From NCBI GenBank assembly GCA_020137815.1, contig CM035361.1:3038001-3102000 (forward strand): DNA of 64,000 nucleotides. Direction: 5' to 3'. A model generated the notes under the pieces. It was given only the letters and a program-made list of their open reading frames with translations. It was not told where the DNA came from and did no database searches. A program made the position numbers and the translations under genes. Positions 1-25,527 of the stretch are shown one piece after another. Origin of the DNA: Hormiphora californensis. Lineage: Eukaryota > Animalia > Ctenophora. Positions within the stretch are counted from its first letter, which is position 1; the number at the start of each line of letters is the position of its first letter.

Positions 1-40
1 TGTTCATTAAATAGTAACCTAACAAACATTCTATCCTCAG

Positions 41-3000
41 TGCGAACCCGTACTGGAAGGTTGATCTCGGCCGGGTTTACCAAATTGATCATATCAGGAT
101 CTGGGGACGAACTGATGGACATACCCAGAGACTGCAGGATGCTAAACTCTGGATCGACGACCACCGATGTGGTACGATCATACACTGCTCCTTCATAAAC
201 ATTTCTTATGTCACAAAGTGTAGTTTTTACTGTGAAGCTCCTTTATAAAAACAACTTCTCATCTCCAACAGGAACACTAACATCAATGGGTACAGCGTCG
301 AAGGCTGATGTTATTACTTGCAGTGAGAAGGAGAGTGCTGGTCGTTACGTCACAATCGAACAATGGGGACAGTACTTGACCCTTTGTGAAGTGCAGGTAG
401 TTATAATAGTTATGTTCTAAACCCTCCTTTAACCCCCCCCCCCTTTGACCTTTGTACGGAAAGAGGGTCCGGGTAAGGCAACTTTATATACTAGCCTGTC
501 TCATATGAAACAGCGGACATTTAGTTGAGTAAGTGGTCAACAAACGGTCATTTTAGTAAACCAAACTCCAATTATTCACCTCTTTTAAATTGTTCATTTA
601 AACTAATCAAATAACTATTAACAACTATAATCATTAACAACTAATTATACAACTACACTAATTACAGGTTATGGTAAAGAAGGGTCAGGCTGATTACGTT
701 CCCAACACGTTTGTTTCTCGAGGGGAGATCATTGGAAACTACACCAACATTGCATTTAGAAAGGAGACTACACAGAGTACTGTTGGATGGGGTGGGGAGT
801 CATCCCGAGCTGTCGATGGGTGGGTGAAGATATAATTAACTAGTTAATTAATTAATAAATTAATAAATAAATTAATCAACTAATTAACCTACTAATTAAT
901 CTACTGATTTACCCTTCAGATGGGTAAAACGAAAGTGGAGCGAGGGCTCATGTACACACACTGCGAGCACTGCTGACTCCTGGTGGGAGGTTGATCTAGG
1001 GAGATCTACCAATATTGATCATATCATGATCTATGGAAGGAATGATGGGCATCAAAACAGACTGCAGTGGTATGTGGTAATCAGGAACCGACCGAATCAG
1101 GAAATACTGGTCCCTGATTGGCTGATAACCAGTCACGTGACCTAAATAAAGAGTTCTGATTGGTTGTTTACTTGTGTCGGTCGGTTCCTGGTGATAATGA
1201 TTTGAAGATTTCAACCAGGTTGTAGGTGATTGGAATTCTGTAAATTGTATTAATTAATTAGTTAATTTAATCAAATAATTAATTAGTTAATTGGTATCGG
1301 TTACAGGGCTCGAGTTTGGCTGGGTAATAACTTCTGCGAATGGCTAACCGAGGATACTGCCGATGAAAGCGACACGGGAGATGTCTCCATCTTTAAAATC
1401 AAATGCCCCGAGGGATCTTACGGACAAAAGGTATAAAATATAATCATTTGAATGGAACTTTTTCATGAGTCGTGAAAATACTGGGGCATTAGCTGAGCTG
1501 TATTAAAGAGGAATATTTGATGGTAACTGTTGCCTGCAGATTTCCTAAATTGGCTATTAACTCCCACAGCAACGTATCACGTGACTATAAACCGTGTTCC
1601 AGGTTCGAATTGAAAGGCTTGCCAACTACCTTACCCTGTGTGAGGTCCAGGTGAAGGTACGGAGCGAAACTTTGGAGGACGACTCCGATGAAATGCCCAC
1701 CACAACTCCTAGTAAGTGTTACCATAGCAACCATATAACTCCCAGTAAGTGTTACCATAGTAACCACTAAACTCCTAGTATAAGTGTTACCATAGCAACC
1801 ATACCACTCCTAGTAAGTGTTACCATAGCAACCAAAACTCCTGAGTCCTGGTAAGTGTTACCATAGCAACCACTAAACTCCTAGTAAGTGTTACCATAAT
1901 CAATTAACTAATTAACTAATTCCTAGCGATCTATAACGTGGCAAGAAGGAAGAAGACAGTCCAATCTTCAGTTGGATGGGGCGGTATCTCAGATCGAGCT
2001 GTAGATGGATTTGATGGTAGGTATTTACTACAACATAACTTAGTATTTACTATTGAACATAGTGTTATAGTCGGACCACTCGATTTACTGACCCCGATTT
2101 ACGGTACAAATTGCAAAACTCCTTCCCGCTGAGTTATGAAAATTGAAGGCACGATATATTTCTGACACTATATCCTCACAGAGGCTAACTCACGAAAGTG
2201 GAACTATGGAAGTTGTACCCATACTCTCAGACAGGCCTACAATTACTGGGAGGTCGATCTGGAGCAGGAGGAATACATCTCTTATATTGAAATCATGGGT
2301 AATTAATTATTATTAATTAACTAATTATTTAATTAAATCTCCTTACCTGCAGTTGTTTTCTTTTAAATTTTAGCCAAGTTCATCGGATGAACTTTATCCC
2401 CCTCCTTTACTATAAAATTACTGCCCCAGGTCGAGCAGTCCTAACTAAAAAAGTTAGACCCATTGTTAACCCATATCCACGTACATTATATCCCCCCCAT
2501 ACATTGTTAACCCATACCCCCCATTATACAGGTCGAGCTGATTGCTGCGGAGATAGGCTGGAAGGAGCTATCATCACCCTGGATAACAGGACAATTAGTG
2601 GGTTAACCTACACCAAGGACCAGACAATGTGGACTATCGATACGAACAATCTGAGGGGACGGTTCCTCAGAGTCTCCCTGGAGAATGAGTACCTTACTCT
2701 GTGTGAGGTAATTAGGAATGACTAATTAGTTAATCAACTAGTAATCGAAGGGGCTGTATTTTCTTTTGATTCAGAGTGCTGTGAGTTGTGACCCCATATT
2801 CATTATTCCATGTACTACAGCTGACACGCTAATATCATACCAGGTAAAAGCTATGGTTGACTACGATTACGACGTCTCAACCGACTCCAACATTGTCGAC
2901 CCGGCAGCGGAGAATCTGGTCAGACTGGAGAATGTTGTTATTACTTCAAGCAGTGAGGCAGTCGGAGGGGAGGCAGCTAACGCTGTCGATGGAGATGTAA

Positions 3001-5742
3001 GTATGCGGGGGCCGGGCGACGGGGGGGGGGGGGGGGGGGTTGCATCTTAATATCCGGCCAACTCAAATCACACAATATTCACTTTTGGAATCAATAATCA
3101 TGCAGCTACAGTCGGACCCCGATTTAGTGGCATCCTCGGGGGAAAAAATCTTGCCACTAAATCGGGGTGCCACTAAATCGAGGTGAGCCATATTTGGCCC
3201 ATAAAAACCTATTTTATGCCCAAAATGCTATACTAAAACTAAAGACACCTCTAACTGTTATATGCAATGTTCATGTATTGTTGACATGATCATTTCTGAT
3301 TAGAAATAGAAAACTATAAAATAATTTTTTCAAAAAATTGTGAAAAATTTTCTAAGTTATACTGGCCCGTCCGATTTGTGTTTCGAATCGGTGCAGCTTA
3401 CTGGATATCCTGTCTAATTAGCGGGTTCGAAACGAACCGATACGTGATACCATGCCGAATTGGGGCACCCTAAGCAGGTGAGGAAGTATCAAAATTTCAA
3501 AATAACTTTTTCTCTCAAAATTTATGGGGAGCACCGATCAAAGCATTGAGGGATATCATACGACTCTTACTGAAGTTAGCAGGTGCTGATTGATTTCGCA
3601 ATCGCTTACTGGAGTAAGCGACAGGTGCTGACTGTTTTCCAAAATAACTCTTATTTTCTTGTAAGAGATATTAAGAGTAAGAGAATGGTGATTCCATTCT
3701 CTTGTGTGGTAAGCGCCGCTACTTAGCGACGTATAAACTCTTAAAACTCTTAACTGACCGGGGATCACAGCATCTGGTCACGTGAAAGGTCACGTGATAA
3801 GTCCTAGTGCACAGGGATAGCCTGTGACTGCGTACATGTGATCGATAACAGCCAATCAGAATGCAGCTAGTGAGTGAGAGAGAGCAAGATAGTAACGCGC
3901 GGCGCTCTGGCACGTGCGGTTTGGGCGCTGGCAGGCTTTTACATGTTGCAACATGTAAAAGCCTGCCAGCGCCCAAACCGCACGTGCCAATGCGCCGCGC
4001 GAGATAATGTCTCTCAAGGGGGCACCCTGTCTCTCACTTTCTCTCCCCAATTCTTTTCCCTGTTGCTCACTAAGAATAAGAGTTTTGAGAAATTACACAG
4101 CACTGTCGCTTAAAAGAGTTATGCTGTCTGTTTTCTCGATTGTCGCTAACTGCAGTAAGAGTCGTATGATTTCCCTCATTGGCAATCTTACTATAAAATT
4201 TTGCAAAAAAATTTGTAAAATTTTTAAAGGTATACCAGCCACGTCCGAATCGTGTTTCGAATCGGTGCATCTTATCGCATGTCCTGCTACTAATTAGACG
4301 GTTCGGGACGAATCGAAACGTGATCCCCATCGAATCGAAATTTTGACGCTTGGTGAACTTGTGATTCAATGGCCCCATGGGGATCACGTATCGGTTCGTT
4401 CCGAACCGTCTAATTAGCAGCAGGACATGCGATAAGATTCACTGATTCGAAAAACGATTCGGAGGTGGCTGGTGTTTCTTTGAAAAAATTTCAAAAAAAT
4501 TTCACAAAAAAATTCAAAAAAATTTTTGGGGGAAAAAAATCCTGCCACTAAATCGGGGTGCCACTAAATCGGGGGCCACTAAATCGGGGTCCGACTGTAC
4601 CACATAATAAATCAGGGTTCGAGTATCACCACAAATATTTGCACAGGTTGATGGAAAGTTTCCATTGGAAACTACTACCGGGGTTGGGGCGGGGGATGGG
4701 GGCAGCCTAAATTTAGCTAAATCTTATAATCTTACTAGGTTGAGTTAACACAACATAATAACATTTGCACAGGTTGATGGTAACTACTACCGGGGTGGAT
4801 GTTTCTCTAGTGCGGTTCAGCAGGGTGGAAGGTGGTGGAGGTCCACCTTTGTAGGAGAGCAGAGCGTGGGAAAAGTGATCATTTACCCTCGACTTGATAG
4901 CAGCAGTGATTATCTTGGTGGAGCCGAGGTAAGAGAGGGACTTTTATACATAATTATTTAGTCAAAGGTGTCCCATAGTGTCCAATATGCGAAATGAGAG
5001 CCCCCGTTTTTATAAGTGAGAGACTCACTGACCACTCCCCTACCCCACCCATTCGGTAGGCGGTAAATGTTAACCAGATCTGAGAGAAAACGTACGTGCA
5101 AAACCACGTTTTTGTCCATAACTCAGTCATTTCTTAACCAATTTGCAAAATCTTGGGCGCGTTGGAAAGAGGACATTGAGCTCTTTCAAATGAGCCCAAT
5201 AAAACTAAAATCGGCGCAAAATGCGCGGCGTCATGGCGCAAAATGCGCGTTTTCGCCACCACGCCGCGCAATTTGCGCCAATTTTCATTTTCTTGAGCTC
5301 ATTTGAGAGATCTCAATGTCCTCTTTCCAATGAGCCAAAGATTTTGCAAATTGGTCAAGAAATGGCTGAGTTATGGGCAAAAACGTGCAAAATTCTCCCA
5401 GATCTGGTTAACATTTACCGCCTACCCACCCATTCCCCCTCCCCAGAAATAGAACTCCCACAACCAACCACTTCCCCCCTCCCAGGTGCGAGTTGGTGAT
5501 GAACTGTGTGGTACCATCGAATACGATGCCACCAAGCTATGGTACACAGTTAGAGTGTGAGGGCAAGTCAGCTGACAGTGTCACCATCTCATCGAGAAAC
5601 AGGATATCTCCAGTTCTGTGAGGTTGTCGTTCAGGCCTGCGGAATAGAAATGATAGATGATGAACATTCCATAAGGGGGACACTAGGCGATGATAATATG
5701 ATCACTTGGTGTTCCTTTATCCCTATAACTTCCAAAAACTGA
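41..5742 (+). CDS. Tandem F-type lectin (fucolectin/FTP domain) protein, 5' part outside the window; at least 4 domains
   Basis: GT-AG exons join in frame: 41-171, 272-396, 668-819, 920-1069, 1307-1430, 1603-1711, 1927-2016, 2182-2298, 2532-2707, 2844-2996, 4773-4928, 5486-5742. Repeated FTP motifs: SRAVDG, CTHT, WWEVDLG, YLTLCEVQV. The H-x26-R-x-D-x4-R fucose motif is present in domains 2 (RNDGHQNR) and 3 (RADCCGDR). The last exon needs two 1-nt corrections. Confidence 0.9.
1082..1190. mobile_element. 109-bp hAT-like MITE (TIR CAGGAACCGACCG), copy 1 of about 10
   Basis: TIR CAGGAACCGACCG…CGGTCGGTTCCTG; 8-bp TSD gtggtaat/gtgataat. Other copies: 6250-6358, 8088-8181, 10807-10915, 20291-20399, 45112-45309, 49616-49715, 51957-52065, 60692-60800, and ~62462-62564 (degenerate). 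Confidence 0.88.
1704..1900. repeat. ~30-35-bp minisatellite (CTCCTAGTAAGTGTTACCATAGCAACCA) starting at a splice donor
   Basis: Six units visible. Confidence 0.85.
3109..4597. mobile_element. Non-autonomous Tc1/mariner (pogo/Tigger-like) element, 1.5 kb
   Basis: TA|CAGTCGGACCCCGATTTAGTGG … CCACTAAATCGGGGTCCGACTG|TA; internal inverted repeats at ~3895-4001 and ~4200-4330/4376-4510; no transposase ORF. Confidence 0.85.
5055..5426. mobile_element. 372-bp palindromic MITE, GG termini, 9-bp TSD (Merlin/MULE-like)
   Basis: GGTAGGCGGTAAATGTTAACCAGATCTG … CAGATCTGGTTAACATTTACCGCCTACC; TSD cacccattc on both sides. Confidence 0.88.
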
Positions 5743-6249
5743 AAAATCTCGGGCAGAGAGTCCCCCATATTCCCCCTTTCCAATTTGTGATTTGTGAATT
5801 TTAGTTTCTATGCATTCCCACAGATTTTCATGTGTTTAATTGATTACAGAGGCGAGATTCGAAGGGGAAGGGATCGTTGGGGGAAGGGAGGATTGGGCGC
5901 TGGGATCAAGGGGTTATTTCAATTGTCGTTATGAAAATTACTAATGAATTGTTGCACTCAACTGTGTATGCAGTATCGGATAATTGATGCTTTTCCGGTG
6001 CTGGCGGTGCTGTGCAGTGTGCGAATTCAAAACTCGTTTGGTTTGGTTTGGTGAAAGAATGATGTTTACTAATTCAAGACAAAATTAGTACATATATTAT
6101 AATATATCAACGTGCCTAAATCTTTTCTTCTCTCAGTATCCACACATCTAACTATCTAACTAGATCTAAGATCTTAGATCTATAGATCTATCTTTGATCT
6201 TTTTACTGCAACTAAACCGATTGATTTACCGAACACCCGTTTTAGCATG

Positions 6250-6358
6250 CAGGAACCGACCGAATCAGGAAATACTGGTCCCTGATTGGCTGATAACCAG
6301 TCACGTGACCTAAATAACGAGTTCTGATTGGTTGTTTACTTGTTTCGGTCGGTTCCTG
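6250..6358. mobile_element. 109-bp hAT-like MITE copy
   Basis: Near-identical to 1082-1190; lies 1 bp past the SIDT stop codon. Confidence 0.88.
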
Positions 6359-6359
6359 C

Positions 6360-18358
<11,999 letters not shown>

Positions 18359-20290
18359 GATGCTCCTGGGATTGAAAGGGGGTTATCATTTTCAAACTCG
18401 ACACAATCTGAATAGGTATTGATTTCAACAAACACTAGGGTAGATACAAAGCTGTAAAATATCCAAATACATAATATAACTTTTGGTGGAATCAGACTAA
18501 AATTATAGCTTGCGATTTCACCTGCGTTTAGATACGTGTTTTATAAAACAAAAGCCGCTAATCGAGAGAGAGAGAGAGAGAGAGACTAAGTCTATCTCTC
18601 GATTAGCGGCCTTGACATGAATGCAATTAAGGCGATGGTAAGATTGAAGAACAATTGATCAAAAGAATAAGCAGCAGTCAGATGCAGAGAGAGAAAGATG
18701 TGGATGCTGTATAAAGAGCAGCTAGTGACACAGCTTGATCCCATATGGCAGTGAGCTACTATTATACAGTACATTGTAAACCATCGAGATCATTCGTCTT
18801 ATACACACTGTGTACATTGTGTATGAAGCTGACTCACATGGAAACTATGACAATAAAATAATATTTATATACATAGGTATATATCAACTATAGCTACGAG
18901 GCATTATAAGTCTATCGGTTCTTTCGGAGACGTGATCAAATCTAACAACAGTGTGAAAAGAAACACCGATAGCACGTTACAAAATAAGCAAAAACGCGGT
19001 GAAAAAACTGTTCCCATGACTGTTAAAAGCTATAACAAGTAGGAATCGTTACAGGTCAAAATGGTTTGTCAAAGGATCTATAATAGTGTTTCTTGGATTC
19101 CAAGTTGGAAGGGCCGGCCATTATTCGAATAATGGGGCCTTCCAAGAAACAGAATAATTTCTGTGAGCTGAGTTTTACCTCAGTTCATGAGATCTAATGA
19201 AAACAAGCGCCTTATATACCCTCCATGGCAAATTGAAGCGGGGCAACTAGGAACTAATATCTCTCTATGATAATACTAGTTTCCTTATATAATCACTGAA
19301 TCTATAGCTATAATGTGTGTATGACATTTTATAACTGGGCTCATTTACAAGCTACTCATGTTACTCAACATGAGTAGTGATCAGTAGCTTATAAAGGAGC
19401 CCAGTACTGCCTCAGACAGTTGTTAAGTATTCCATGAGGAAATAAATTACAGAGCGATAAAATGAAAACTATTTCCACTCACAAGCACTATTATTATAGA
19501 TCTCTAATTGTGCTTCCCCTTGAGATATCTTTATAGACACTATGCCATTAAAGTAAACAACATAGGAAAACTCCATGTTGTTAATATATAAAGCTATACT
19601 TTTGGCCATGCTGATGCTTACAAACCAGAAATATCTCAACTGTCTCAACTGTCTCAACAATGCATCATTGACAGTTGAGATCAGGAACCAATTGATCTGA
19701 CTCTCGAGAGTCAGTCAACCAATGTCAGCAAAACTACTCACTCACAAGATTAATAAATTTCTATAGAACTACTAAGCTACACGTCAATCATCAATTCGTG
19801 GAGAGACAAAAACTCGTTGCATACACGAACGAATATCTGTCAAGCAGAGGTGGAGAGAGAGTCAAAGAAAGAGAGACAGAGAGAGACAGATTTCAAACAA
19901 AGTACAGTAGATGGAAAACTTTATTGGCGAAGATAGAGATTGTTAACAAAGCAAAATCTAACGGGGGCGGTGGGGGCGGTTGCTATAATGACACAAAATA
20001 AAAGAGAGCAAAAGGGACTGAGTAATTTAAGGAAAAAATATAGCATTTTTGAATTGTTCATTATGAACAATTCAAAAATGCCCTCTCTCCGGATATGTAT
20101 GATACATATCCGGAGAGAGGGCACAAGGAATGAACCACCCCTGATACAGAGAGAATATTGTGTAGCTCCACTGCTAAGGGAAGGGAGACAGATTCTCTAA
20201 TGCCCGTATCAAATTTCAAATCTACACACTTTTACAACTGTACATCTGGTGTGCGTGACAAGGTCCTGGAGCATGCACTTACATTACCAG

Positions 20291-20399
20291 TAGGAACCGA
20301 CCGAAATAAGAAACACTTGTCCCTGATTGGCTGATAACCAGTCACGTGACCTTAATAACGAGCTATGATTGGTTGTTTACTTGTGTCGGTCGGTTCCTG
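20291..20399. mobile_element. 109-bp hAT-like MITE copy
   Basis: Same sequence with several substitutions. Confidence 0.85.
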
Positions 20400-21266
20400 A
20401 TTAGGCAGTAAAATCTAGAAACACTTATAAATCCTACGCAGAGGTGGTGCCAACTGAAAATATATGCAAGCAGCTGCATGGACACTAGGAAGCTGGGTAT
20501 AATTTGAAACACGCTATTATTATACACATACATAATATGGCAGTGTGTAATACAACGGAATAATGTGCAGGCCTATGTGTCGAGTTTTACCTAGATGTAC
20601 GTGCCCCTGCACACAGCTGTCAACTAGGAACTTGTATTGTTTAAACGGGGGCGCGGGGGAGGTGCAACAGCACAACTAGGAACTGAAACTTGAGGTGTAG
20701 GTACCTATACACTCATTAAAGGATACTTGATACCATTCCGGGGACATAGGACAAACGTCTTATGTCAGTGAGTAGTGACATAGGACGTTTGGCATAATGT
20801 CACCTTGGTAACATAGACACCATATTTATGAAACATGATGATGATACCCGGGTACCTAAAATAAAAATAATCATCGATATCAATTATGGAAATCGTGAGT
20901 GAGTGGCTCCCGAAGGGGTGATGGAGCGAAGAAGATGTCCAGAACCACCCACGAGAGCCGGCAGAGTCAGCACGCGCAGGCGGGTTCCTTTGGAAAGTAG
21001 TTTGGACGGTTCCCATCTGATTTCTGAAAATGAAACTGTTCACTGTTCACTGTTCAGTATTCAGTGTTCACGGTTGTCTGCTGTCGTTTATCTGCTTTCT
21101 TTGTGACCAAAACCTTCGGAATCGGAGGTTCACAGCACGAATGGTCAAATTTACCGACATCCGTTTGGTTTTGTGTGGTGTTCTATAACCCTTAGGGTTT
21201 CCGGTTTTGTGTGGTATCTCGATCGGTGTTCGGTATTTTGAGGTGAAGTAAGACCCTAAAATATAA

Positions 21267-21664
21267 GGTAAGTCGGAAGAACCTGTCCGTTCCTCTCATG
21301 AGCGCTCATGAGTGTATCATGAGTGTGTCATGAGTGTATCATGAGTGTATCATGAGCGCTCATGAGACGTTTTAAGGTGTTTCAACGTCTCATGAGCGCT
21401 CATGAGTGTATCATGAGTGTGTCATGAGTGTATCATGAGCGCTCATGAGTGCTCATGAGACCTTGCTCATGAGCGCTCATGAGACATATGTCTCATCCCA
21501 TCTCTGTTTCAATGTCTCATGGTTGGGTTTAGGGTTGGGCAAGGTCTCATGAGCACTCATGAGCACTCATGAGCACTCATGAGCGCTCATGATACACTCA
21601 TGACACACTCATGATACACTCATGAGCGCTCATGAGAGGAACGGACAGGTTCTTCCGACTTACC
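21267..21664. mobile_element. 398-bp foldback MITE with 10-bp TCATGAGTGT repeats, GG termini, 8-bp TSD
   Basis: GGTAAGTCGGAAGAACCTGTCCGTTCCTCTCATGAG … mirrored; TSD aaatataa. Confidence 0.88.
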
Positions 21665-23419
21665 AAATATAATCATATCTATCCGGTAAATCGAGGATAC
21701 GGTAAGTGATCGAGGTTTGACTTTGGAGTTATATATTCTGCTGATTCCCCTATGCCTTTTTGCAAAAGGCATCCGGGTGAAGGCCTTCGGCCTTCACCCG
21801 GGCGGGGAAAAATTAAATAGGAATTTAGAGGTCATTCAAAGTCCAGGTTACTGTCATATCTTTTAATGCATTAAGTATTTACTATTTAGGTACCCAAGTG
21901 TGAAATTACCAACTTTAAAGATTCCCGCTGCAGTTATATTCTCAAAACAGCCTAAATGTCCTAATAATCCTAATGGTTTTAGCTGTATGAGTTGAAAGTG
22001 AAAAGAATCTCTCTTCCTAGGGAGAGAGAACAAAAGTTGTTGCTAGTTGAGAAAATATGAAATATGAAAGAAAGTCAGGGATACGAGAGCGTCCGAGTAA
22101 ACAAACCCAGTACTCTCTTAAAGAATGGAGGCGAGATACGAAGAAGAAACAAATAAAAGAAGGTGAGAGAAGTCAGCGTTGCTAAAAAGTGAAATAGTTG
22201 AAATGGGATTAACGAGCTGAAAGGAAGGAAAGGCGGCGTCAAAAAGAGAGAATGAGAGAGAAAGAGAGAAGATCTTACTTGGTACGTGGTACGGTGTAAT
22301 ATGTGTTTCATAATGACCACATAACAATCCAACACCAACACAAAATTCTCTCCTCTCTCTCTCTCTCTGCCTCTCCTCTCTCGTTCCAAAGGGAGTTTGG
22401 GGGGAAACCCCGGGGGGAAGCAAAAGCCAAGGAAAAAAAAACCCCCCCCAAAACCCCCCGGGGGGGGGGGGGGGCCCCCAAAAAAAGGGGGGAAAACGGG
22501 GGGGGTTTTAGCGCGGGGGGGAAAAAAAAAAAACCCCCCCAAAAAAAAAAAAAGGGGGGGGAAAAAAAAAACCCTTTTTTCCTTTCCTTTCCCCTCTTTT
22601 ATTCCCCTTTTCTCCCTTTTTTTCCTTTCTCCTTTTTCCCTCTCCTCTCTCTATTTCTCTCTCTCTTTTCCCCTCTTTCTCTCTCTTTCCCCCCCTCTCT
22701 TTTTTTCAAGTTTTTTTTAATAGGGGGAAGAAGTTGAAACACACTGACATGTCACCGCTAATTGTCCTACCCATTACCCAACTCCTCTCGAGAGGTTGAA
22801 GAATTCAAAGTCCAGTATAAAGTTGCCAGATCGATACGTACTATATTAAGTCATTTGAAAGTTCTTCCCCCTCTTTTCTACTGATCAAGTTTTACTTTTT
22901 CTTCAACCCTCTGTTTTACAGATATAAAGTCATTTGTTCTGTAGTATTATAGAGTATAGTAGTTCCCAGGACCCCACGTGGTACGTGTTCCCTCAACAAG
23001 AAACACACGTGCAGTAAAGTGAATAAGAGGTGATCAAAGAGCTGTAAACGATATATAGTAACTATATCATAGTAAAGAGCTACTATTGCATGATAGACCT
23101 GGAGATAGAATGGTAGAGAGAGTTCCTTTATTTGAAAGAAACATCTATTTTGCCTTTCGGCAAATTTCAAAGACCCGATTCGCAAGCTGTTGTAAAAGCA
23201 AGTTTTAAACTTTTGCATATTAGGACATTAGGTCGACTCGTTAATAATTTTGCGTCGCTATATATCTTTAGATCTATATTATAATGGATATACTCCTACG
23301 ACCTACTTGGTTTTTTTCAGTTTTGTAACAGCCATGTGAATTGCAATATCTTCCCAATTTTTAGCGAAACAAAGGATTCACCACCAGAAGATGCACTGAA
23401 AGTAAGAGAGTTTTAGACA

Positions 23420-23570
23420 ATGCCGCGAGGGGGTTCACAGTTGGTATTGTACCTCAAGTCACGGAAGGCAAAGAGGGACAGGGCAGCAGAGGACCAAGCA
23501 CACCACCATGCACACAGGGAAGCTGCTCTTCATGAGGCCGAGCTGCAGGAGGAAAATGGAAATCACAAAG
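23420..23570 (+). CDS. Candidate alternative first coding exon A of the calmodulin-like gene (MPRGGSQ...HHHAH...NHK)
   Basis: ATG-initiated open frame of 151 nt (50 codons + 1) ending at AAAG|GTAAGT; phase matches the acceptor at 41913. Confidence 0.55.
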
Positions 23571-24354
23571 GTAAGTGTAATAACTCATTTTTAAAAAATT
23601 GGTCAAATATATTTGACCATTTTGACTCTATAAACCGATTTTCCGTGAAAGTATGAACCTATAATTTAGGATTTAAAGTGGTATCCGTATTGGTTTTCAT
23701 CATCGAACTTCTTTCAGCTATAATTCATTCACCACTTTTAAAATCATCATTTTGAGCGCCAGCACGCATGGCCAACAACGGGTATATCAAAGGTCGATCA
23801 AACATATATATGCTTGATAATAAAGCCTAATTTTAGACAATTCGTCTTGTGCTTGTTTAATGTTTATTTGCTTATTTTCTCAATCATCAAATCATTAAAT
23901 CAAGTTCATTACTTCACAAAGTTCTTGACTTTAATTGGGAAGAATACCCTGCGCATGGAGAAACGTCCCATACTCAAGTTTAGGGCCGGTAAGAAATTTA
24001 GATTTACGTTATGGTCAGAGAACCCAATAACTTCATGGAATTATTCTGTTCAGTCTGTCCGCACAGATCTGTGTCCGTTTATTTTTGCTTGGCTTACAGA
24101 TTTCTAGACTTACCAGCAGACACAACAGCGTGTATACCACCTGTACACAGTACTTCGCAATGATATTCACACTGGGTTTCGTGCAGCTTTCTAGTTTATA
24201 ATGAATTGAAAGCATGGTGATCAAAGTGCAAACTTTGTTTCTGTATAGCTTTTTATTTGATAAAACTTCGAAATATTGAATATCTTGAATATGTTCATAT
24301 CATTACACATATCTTAGCAAAGAATTGTAATACATATCCAGCTGATATATCAAT

Positions 24355-24511
24355 ATGTCGGTTCGAACTGCTACGGTTGCTGGTTCAGTTGTTGCGGGGT
24401 CTACAATGGATGATGATGTGGAATTGGATGATTTTCAGAAGTATCCGACCCTGATGAACCTTCAGGTGTCGCGAGAGGAGATTCCACGTCGAAAGTACAT
24501 AGGCAGATTAA
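24355..24511 (+). CDS. Candidate alternative first coding exon B (MSVRTATV...DDDVELDD...RRKYIGRL)
   Basis: Acceptor-like CAG at 24339-24341, ATG, open frame of 157 nt (52 codons + 1), donor A|GTAAGT; phase 1. Confidence 0.55.
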
Positions 24512-24518
24512 GTAAGTT

Positions 24519-24591
24519 TTATTGGTGACATAGACACCTGGCGCGACAGAGATTGAGCGGGGGTCGCGCCAGGTGTCTATGTCACCAATAA
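24519..24591. mobile_element. ~70-bp hairpin MITE; second copy at ~60469-60537
   Basis: TTGGTGACATAGACACCTGGCGCGAC … GTCGCGCCAGGTGTCTATGTCACCAA. Confidence 0.7.
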
Positions 24592-25330
24592 GTTTTGTAG
24601 ACTTTCATAGAGGTTGTCAAAATGATACCTAAGTAAAACATAAGCAAGTTTGATGTACCCTGCATATAATGCGAGGCGGAGCTGATGTGACTGCAGGATC
24701 ATTGAGGAAGGATTGAATCCTTAATTGATTCCAAGAAGTCCAGTGATCTTGGAAAACATGTGTCCTTGCTCATAAATCCTGTCATGAGAATCAATGCATA
24801 TAAATAATTGGAGATAGGACTGGGTAGTTATGCGGTATATTGGACAAATCAATACCTAATTAGGTCTGATTCCATTGGTGTACTGGTTTGAGTCACTTCT
24901 ATAATAGAAAACACAGGACAGTCAGGCCTATTCCTAGAAGTCCTAGTTCACCATTATAGATCATTCATTTAAAAAGTTAGTGGTCATTTGTCTTCTAGCT
25001 ATGTCTGTTAGCTAGCTGTTTAGTGTTTGGTTATGTCTAGCTTTGTCTGCCAGCGCCGTTGAGAAACAAACGGCCTCGCCTTTAGTGTAGCTAGAGGGTT
25101 AATACTACCGGTTCTAACTCGATATTATAGTGAGTTAGAACCGGTACCGGGTACTATTGGATATTGGTACTAAGTATAGAGCTTCTTCTAGTTCTTTTAT
25201 AGTCCTGCCAGTGATATTCTTGGCAAGGTACAACTGCAGTAGATCAGCATGGGTGTACGTGTCCGATCCATAATTGGAAGCTTCATGGTTCACATGTCAT
25301 TGTGTCAAACCTTTATTAGTTGATCTATAT

Positions 25331-25527
<197 letters not shown>

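Noticed and set aside
22380-22740. ORFs rich in G/P/K/F in homopolymer-rich sequence
   Set aside because: Runs of A/C/G/T typical of low-quality read or gap-fill artefacts; no splice or protein signal.
23570-24454. Splicing exon A directly to the acceptor at 24342
   Set aside because: That frame stops at 24452-24454, so the two segments fit better as independent first exons.
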